Below, piece after piece: positions 56,122 through 64,000 of a stretch of DNA of 64,000 nt. Positions within the stretch are counted from its first letter, which is position 1, and every line of letters begins with the position of its first letter. This DNA is from an uncultured Methanosarcinaceae archaeon (GTDB lineage: Archaea; Halobacteriota; Methanosarcinia; Methanosarcinales; Methanosarcinaceae): NCBI GenBank assembly GCA_963733675.1, contig CAVTET010000001.1, forward strand, positions 1,024,001-1,088,000. The letters run 5' to 3'. Below the pieces are notes generated by a model. It saw only the letters and a program-made list of their open reading frames with translations. It was not told the origin of the DNA and did not search any database. Made by a program: the position numbers and the translations under genes.

Positions 56122-56724
56122 TTATAAATTCCAGCGTTTATCTATTGGGAAATGTTCGTTGATCCACATAAAGGTACAGCTGTTGTGAATTATCTTGTAG
56201 GAACGGGAGAGCACAGGTATATCGTTGAAAGTAGATGCACTTTCTAGAATCTCGAGTTCGCTCATGTCACGTCTTATCTCGAGATTGTGGCTGCGCAGAA
56301 TCCGGCCTATAGGGATGTCCGCACGCATGAGCTGTTCTCGAATGGTTTCAGGCATGCGTTCGAGAGGCGAGAGTGACCTTGCGTGCACAAAAACCGTATC
56401 CCCTGTAGAGAGCGTTACTACTCTGTTATTCACCTCACTGCCTTCTTTTATTTCCAGAAGGTCAGCGGTCTCAATATCGGCTTTTACAGTGTATTGTGAT
56501 TCGGTTGTTACAATTACTGGCTTTCTGGTCATTATCTCCAGGAGAGTCGTCAATGAACCATCAGTCCCACAGCAAACGCGAAGACAGGTGGGTATTTCTA
56601 GGTTATTTAATTTTTCCAAAAAATATGTGGCCAAAAAATACCTCCGAATAAGGCCTCTCAAAGTTAGGATATTATTGAGATGAGAATAGGCATCAGGATT
56701 TTTAGTCTCCATCTTTAGCTGCAT
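56122..56724 (-). CDS. Chorismate pyruvate-lyase-like (DUF98) protein
   Basis: TDGSLTTLLE, ADIPIGRIL, INEHFP. Confidence 0.82.
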   Translation of the reverse strand: MQLKMETKNPDAYSHLNNILTLRGLIRRYFLATYFLEKLNNLEIPTCLRVCCGTDGSLTTLLEIMTRKPVIVTTESQYTVKADIETADLLEIKEGSEVNNRVVTLSTGDTVFVHARSLSPLERMPETIREQLMRADIPIGRILRSHNLEIRRDMSELEILESASTFNDIPVLSRSYKIIHNSCTFMWINEHFPIDKRWNL

Positions 56725-57010
56725 TTTTCATACGCTCTTTTGTCGTGTATCCAGTAGCTTTGTATAAAAACTCCCGGAAGTCCTTATTTGTCTGCAAGAT
56801 TATTTCATCACCTGACATGGTTTTGTCGGAAACAGTGTCAACACATAGCATTTTATTAGATATCCACACTTTTATCTTTGACATAGCTCCGTAGGCTGTC
56901 TCTAGATATATTCCGTTTCTGAAGATTTCCCCGGGAAAGCATTCCTCCATTACCGAGTAGATCCTTTCAATGTCAGGCTTAAAACCGCGTTTTATTTTAT
57001 ACTGTTTCAT
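56702..57010 (-). CDS. Conserved archaeal protein (DUF5611-like)
   Basis: YKIKRG..YGAM..FL..ATGYTTKER. Confidence 0.75.
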   Translation of the reverse strand: MKQYKIKRGFKPDIERIYSVMEECFPGEIFRNGIYLETAYGAMSKIKVWISNKMLCVDTVSDKTMSGDEIILQTNKDFREFLYKATGYTTKERMKNAAKDGD

Positions 57011-57512
57011 TGTTACCCTCTTATAAAAGATCTTCAGCTCAAATGAAATTTGCTTAAGGTTGGTTTGTTATAATTAATTTCCTGACCTTTACATTTGGGT
57101 TGAACAGGAAAAATTCATACCTCATTTCTACAAGTGGTTTCCGTTTCTAATATTCAGTTCTGCGTGTATTAACATTAGCTAGTAATTTTAATATATATAG
57201 GATTTGTGCGGTTGAAACATTTTTCTGCAAATCTAAATAAAATTTTTTCATAATATAATATACAATAATATAATATATATATCTCTAACCTTTCTACTTG
57301 ACGAAATAAATTCACCGAAATGTACTTAACTTGATAACATCAACTTTCTCTTTGCTTCTTCCAGAGTGTTTGCATAGCTTAGTGTTATTTATCTTCATTA
57401 TTTCCAAAACAGGCTAATTCGATTTTTTCCCCACCTTAATTTTAAATGGAGATATTCTAGTCGCTCTATAAGCTCTTAAATTGGACTTTTAACTTGAAAA
57501 TTCATTTTTTCA

Positions 57513-58440
57513 CTAATTCTTATAAATGTTACTTTCGTACTGGGCAAAATTGCGAGAATGTGACAGGGCTTCAAAGCCGGAGAAAACTTCAAATAACTCC
57601 TCATCGATGCTATTTTGTCGTAAACGGTATTATTTTCCATTGAGGTCTTCTAACATCTCCTCTATGTTTCTGTCGGCATGCTGCATTGTTGCCAAGCGGC
57701 TCGCATTCTCACTTGCAAGCGACTAGGCGCACGCTCTGAAGAGCGAGACGAATAAATATTCGCGAATGAACGCTCTCAAAGTTGATGTGCTCTCATCAAT
57801 TATTTCGGGTAGATTTTTAGTTGGCCAAGGTAGTTCAGCCAATTCTTGACTCAGAATTTTATCAAGTGGTAACAATAGTTGACTAGTCGGTTTATATAAA
57901 GTCCTTGATTTATGAAGATTATAGAATATATGGATCTCGGAAACTTTACCCTGGCTATGGCTGGTCTCGATCTTCACTAGAATCTGCTCAACTAGTGGGG
58001 TAATGGCCTTGATATAATTCGGTACTGTATAAAGTTCCATGGTCTGCAGGTTAGTATCTTCCAAACGTACATAAACGCGCTCACCGACAACTAAAATCTG
58101 AGCTTTGCCTGGCAAAGCTGACAATATTTTGACAGCATAATCAGCTATCATGTCATTAAATTGGTCCACCAGTCCCTGATCTGAACCAAATACAACCGCA
58201 CTGATCACAATAGCTTTTTTCTGCCTCTTTAGTCCTGAATAAAAAAATATCTGGTGTACTATCCTTAAAAAATGCGCTCAACCCAAGCTCCACGGTGCGA
58301 TAGTAATCATCCAACGAGCTCACTGCTTTCTCGTATTGACCTATATTCGAGGCTGCCAAGGCTTTCATTGTGCGAACTACGGATTGAAGATCTCCTGCTC
58401 GATTTATATTTCGGCGCAGACTCTCCATGGTGCCGCTCAT
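57513..58440 (-). pseudogene. atpG: N-ATPase gamma subunit, disrupted
   Basis: SVVRTMKALAA, GSDQGL, SENASRL..MQ, RQNSIDEELFE; frameshift ~58215, in-frame TAG at 57723 and TAA at ~57630. Confidence 0.88.
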
Positions 58441-58532
58441 TCATCCTCCTTATTTTGAGGTTTTGTACTCGACCTCGGTTGTAGCTTCCTACTTGTTTTT
58501 ACTTCAGTTTTCGATTTCGGTTTGAATTTGAA

Positions 58533-59300
58533 TTAGGAAGTATGCTGGAAGATTGCTAATGCTTTATGGGCGATTTCGAGGATGATTTCACGATCCTTGT
58601 CGCTCAATTCTTCATTGGTATCGAAAAACTTGTGTACCTCTGCATAGACAGCCTGTACCGCCTCTAGTAGAGAACAGTCGGCATCCTTCATCCGGTCAAG
58701 TGGCATGTTATCAAAGAGTTTAGCGTTCAAAGCAAGTAGAATGAAGATTTGTTCAGGCATGGGTACAGGAAAGTTTTCAGGCTGCTTAAGAAGGGCACGG
58801 ATCTGTCGTCCATGATCGATAACTTTGCGGGTGTTTTCGTCTAGCTTTGCGCCAAATCGAGTAAACGCTTCGAGTTCTTCAAATTGTGAATAGGCAAGCT
58901 TGATGTCTCCAGCCAGTGCTCTATAGGCAACAAGCTGCGCTTTACCGCCTACACGAGATACGGATTTACCGACATCAACTGCTGGTAGCACACCCAATTC
59001 AAAAAGCGAAGGTGAGAGGTAAATCTGTCCGTCAGTAATGGAAATCAGATTAGTTGGAATATAGGCGGAAATATTCTGCGCTTCGGTTTCGATAATGGGA
59101 AGGGCAGTCATCGAGCCCCCACCAAGCTCTTTTAGTAGGTGTGTAGAGCGCTCCAGTAAACGAGAGTGAATATAAAAAATATCCCCAGGATATGCTTCAC
59201 GTCCTGGAGGACGGCGAAGTAAGAGAGATAGTTCACGATAGGCACGTGCGTGATTGGTTAGGTCGTCGTAAACAATCAACACGTCTCGGCCAGCTTCCAT
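58533..59300 (-). pseudogene. atpA: C-terminal half of N-ATPase alpha subunit
   Basis: Starts abruptly at [14 protein letters not shown]; [25 protein letters not shown]. Lacks the N-terminal domain and Walker A. Confidence 0.92.
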
Positions 59301-59483
59301 AATTTTTAATAAAAAGATATTAATATAAGATAATTGTCTAATGTTAAAATATTTTATGGAAAAATAATTTTTATTCAGAACTGATTTTTTGTGTAATTAA
59401 TTTAAAATAAATAGAAGGGTAAGTGTAAGCAAAAATATAATCAAGCTGAAATAAGCAATCCAACTTGAATGATTCCTTAATCA

Positions 59484-59632
59484 GGTTCCGTTGCAAAAAA
59501 TCTGGCTATTTTACAAAACAAGTGAAAAACATTACAAATAGGATATTTATACGCCATAAACAGGTTACTAATGACACAAAAAGCAATAGTTATATCCTAA
59601 AAAGGCAGTAAAATTATTTTTGCAACGGAACC
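59484..59632. mobile_element. 149-bp MITE with IS6-type ends
   Basis: GGTTCCGTTGCAAAAA ... TTTTTGCAACGGAACC, the same IRs as the IS6 copies; no ORF, no target duplication. Confidence 0.85.
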
Positions 59633-59729
59633 ACATTTCCTACTCATTGTGATTCTTGTGATATCAAATTAATTTGAATTCCCATAAAACCGTTTAGTTC
59701 TCAGATTTTATTTCGGTTCCTTATAATGA

Positions 59730-61557
<1,828 letters not shown>

Positions 61558-61565
<8 letters not shown>

Positions 61566-61896
61566 CAGACCAACAGAGAGACCATTGAGTGACGAGTCAC
61601 CTTTGGCCCGTCAGGTTGGAACAAAAGTTGAACGCAAACTAAGGGCACAGCGACATAAAGACAGGACTGTCTGGTTTGGTCTAGGTATGATAGGGCTCAT
61701 AGGCTGGTCGGTGGCAGTTCCAACACTACTTGGTGCTGCACTTGGGCTCTGGTTAGATGAGCACCATCCAGCAAGCTTTTCCTGGACACTCACGATGCTT
61801 ATTATTGGCCTGTTTATTGGTTGCTTAAATGCATGGCATTGGGTGGCTAAGGAGCGGAAGGAAATGCAAGAGGAACTGGAGGATTACAATGGATGA
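61558..61896 (+). CDS. atpQ: N-ATPase AtpQ (AtpI/AtpZ-like)
   Basis: GMIGLIGWSVAVPTLLG; position in the operon. Confidence 0.85.
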
Positions 61897-62203
61897 AATT
61901 TTGAATCTTATCTTGGCTCTGATAACTGGCTTTCTGCTCGGAGCTGTTTTCTTCGGTGGCCTCTGGTGGACGGTCCAGAAGGGATTTTCATCCAAAAGAC
62001 CTGCGTTTTGGTTCCTCGGCAGCCTGTTGATACGGACTAGCACTGCTATAGCTGGATTCTACTTTACCTCGGACGGCCATTTGAAGAGGCTGCTAATGTG
62101 CCTGTTTGGATTTTTTGTTATGCGGCATATAATAGTTAGGCTCACCAGACTACCGGATAAAGATCCGAATCAGCTGACAAAGGAAGCCAGTAATGCGACT
62201 TAG
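61889..62203 (+). CDS. atpR: N-ATPase AtpR
   Basis: FFGGLWWTV..SLLIR; position in the operon. Confidence 0.82.
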   Translation: MDEILNLILALITGFLLGAVFFGGLWWTVQKGFSSKRPAFWFLGSLLIRTSTAIAGFYFTSDGHLKRLLMCLFGFFVMRHIIVRLTRLPDKDPNQLTKEASNAT

Positions 62204-62903
62204 TCCTGATGAGCTGGTTTTCTGGCAGTATGGAATTATCAAACTCAATGCCACGATTGTATACACCTGGGGGCTGATGCTGGTAATGGTAATTGGTTCC
62301 AAAATAATTACCAGCAAACTCTCCATAGGTCTAGAACATTCCCGTTGGCAAAATATTTTGGAAATTATTGTCACAGGCATCCTGGAACAAATTGAGGACG
62401 TTGGTTTGGATCGGCCGAAAAAATATATAGGGTTTTTGGGCACTTTATTCCTATTCATTGCCGTAGCCAATCTTTGTATCATTTTCCCAGGCTATGAACC
62501 ACCAACTGGGTCTCTTTCTACCACAGCTGCATTGGCGTTGTGTGTATTTGTAGCCGCACCTTTTTACGGGATTGCAAAGCAAGGGGTGGTTAACTACCTT
62601 AAAACGTATACAGAGCCGACAATTATCATGCTGCCGTTTAATATAATCAGTGAATTCTCTCGTACTCTGGCTCTGGCAATTCGTCTGTTTGGTAATATGA
62701 TGAGCGGGTCTATGATAGTGGCCATTCTGCTGGCCATTATACCTGTCATCTTTCCAGTTGTCATGACTGCTCTAGGTCTGCTTATTGGTATGGTGCAAGC
62801 CTACATCTTCGGTGTTCTGGCTGTCGTTTATATCGTAGCTAGCACACGCCGCACTCATAAGTCCAGACCTGAACAGGAGCAAAAGAATGCTAAACAGGGG
62901 TAG
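62193..62903 (+). CDS. atpB: Fo subunit a
   Basis: SRTLALAIRLFGN, QAYIF. Confidence 0.94.
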   Translation: MRLSPDELVFWQYGIIKLNATIVYTWGLMLVMVIGSKIITSKLSIGLEHSRWQNILEIIVTGILEQIEDVGLDRPKKYIGFLGTLFLFIAVANLCIIFPGYEPPTGSLSTTAALALCVFVAAPFYGIAKQGVVNYLKTYTEPTIIMLPFNIISEFSRTLALAIRLFGNMMSGSMIVAILLAIIPVIFPVVMTALGLLIGMVQAYIFGVLAVVYIVASTRRTHKSRPEQEQKNAKQG

Positions 62904-62973
62904 GTATAATTGAAACAATATAATAACAGAAGGTGAAACTATTCTGCTAGATACTTATTCGACTACTATTGCT

Positions 62974-63216
62974 GTGGCATCAATCGTCACCTCAGGCATC
63001 TCTATTGGAATTGGAGTTCTCGGACCAGGACTTGGTGAAGGGTATTCGGTCGCAAATGCGCTTAATTCAATGGCACAGCAGCCAGATTCTGCTGCAACAA
63101 TAACCCGCACCCTGTTCGTGGGATTGGCTATGATCGAGTCTCTAGCTATTTATTGTTTCGTAGTCTCTATGATTCTCATATTCGCTAATCCGTTCTGGAG
63201 CCGTGCAATTTCTTAA
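62974..63216 (+). CDS. atpE: Fo subunit c (N-ATPase type); original start near 62941 may be mutated
   Basis: GLGEG (Glu in helix 1), AQQP, IESLAIY. Confidence 0.9.
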   Translation: MASIVTSGISIGIGVLGPGLGEGYSVANALNSMAQQPDSAATITRTLFVGLAMIESLAIYCFVVSMILIFANPFWSRAIS

Positions 63217-63235
63217 AATAAAGAGGAAAATAATT

Positions 63236-64000
63236 ATGCTGCTGATAGATTGGTTCACCGTCATTGCGCAGGTGATCAACTTCTTCATCCTGGTGTGGTT
63301 ATTAAAGCACTTCCTTTATAAACCTATAATTAACGCCATCGATGCGCGTGAGAAGAGGATAGCAGATGAACTTGCCAATGCCAAATCAAAAGAGGAAGAA
63401 GCAGAAAAAGAGAAAGAAGGATTCAAGCGCAAGAATGAAGAGTTCGATCAGCAGCGCAATTATCTCTTGAACAAAGCAAAGGAAGAAGCAAAAGCAGAAC
63501 GTCAGCAGCTTTTAGAAGAGGTACGTAAGGAAGCCTCCGAATTGAAAGCAAAACAGCAAGAGGCATTGAAGAATGAAGAACATAATTTAAGTAAGGAAAT
63601 TGCCCAGCGAACTCAACAGGAAGTCTTTAGTATAGCGCGAAAAGTATTGCACGACCTGGCTGGAATCAGTTTGGAAGAGCGTACGGTTGATGTGTTTTCT
63701 CAAAGGCTACACAATCTGAAAGACGAGGAAAAGAAGCAGTTATCCTCAGCCCTAAGTGCGTCACCTAATCAGGCACTCGTGCGTACCGCATTCGATCTTC
63801 CACAAGCACAGCAGGATCTGATAAAAAAGACGATTAAAGAAACTCTTGGTATCGAAATTCAACCCAAATTCGAGACTGTGCCAGAACTTGTCAGTGGTAT
63901 CGAATTAATCACGGACGGACAAAAAGTGGCGTGGAGTATTGCAAATTATCTAACATCACTGCAAAAGAGTATCAGTGAACTGACGAACGAGCAGCCTAAG
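63236..64000 (+). CDS. atpF: Fo subunit b (b-delta-like), runs off the window end
   Basis: MLLIDWFTVIAQVINFFILVWLLKHFLYKPIINAIDAREKRI... Confidence 0.92.
   Translation, partial: MLLIDWFTVIAQVINFFILVWLLKHFLYKPIINAIDAREKRIADELANAKSKEEEAEKEKEGFKRKNEEFDQQRNYLLNKAKEEAKAERQQLLEEVRKEASELKAKQQEALKNEEHNLSKEIAQRTQQEVFSIARKVLHDLAGISLEERTVDVFSQRLHNLKDEEKKQLSSALSASPNQALVRTAFDLPQAQQDLIKKTIKETLGIEIQPKFETVPELVSGIELITDGQKVAWSIANYLTSLQKSISELTNEQPK

Noticed and set aside
57723-57725. In-frame TAG in atpG as possible pyrrolysine read-through
   Set aside because: It replaces an expected Glu (GAG>TAG), and the gene also has a frameshift and an in-frame TAA.

Overview
AT-rich Methanosarcina-like archaeal chromosome. 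The assignment rests on MC1, NreA, aIF1/SUI1, stand-alone NifB, an N-type F1Fo operon and Methanosarcina-type signal peptides. Core genes (purC, AAA ATPase + MBL hydrolase, nikM/cbiM, ade, nreA, SUI1, flavodoxin, MC1, nifB) are interspersed with many pseudogenes and IS remnants. The main feature is two related integrated elements (~0.9-11.3 kb and ~42-49.5 kb) with the same layout: Zn-ribbon tyrosine integrase, small regulators with operator palindromes, a replication module built on a family A DNA polymerase (rare in archaea), an iteron cluster, and a terminase-small-subunit-like gene. Neither has capsid, portal or TerL genes, so they resemble phage-satellite (PICI-like) islands. Their replication modules differ: element 1 has a DnaG/D5 primase-helicase plus PolA, whereas element 2 has a different PolA and no recognisable primase or helicase. 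Neighbouring cargo (small secreted peptides, secreted thioredoxin, RelE TA pair, C1A protease, methyltransferase) is punctuated by a recurring ~29-bp recombination-site-like palindrome. An inverted pair of dead IS6 copies brackets 32.7-41.9 kb. The N-ATPase operon is split inside atpA, next to an IS6-derived MITE. All family assignments come from motif recognition by eye; no database searches were run.
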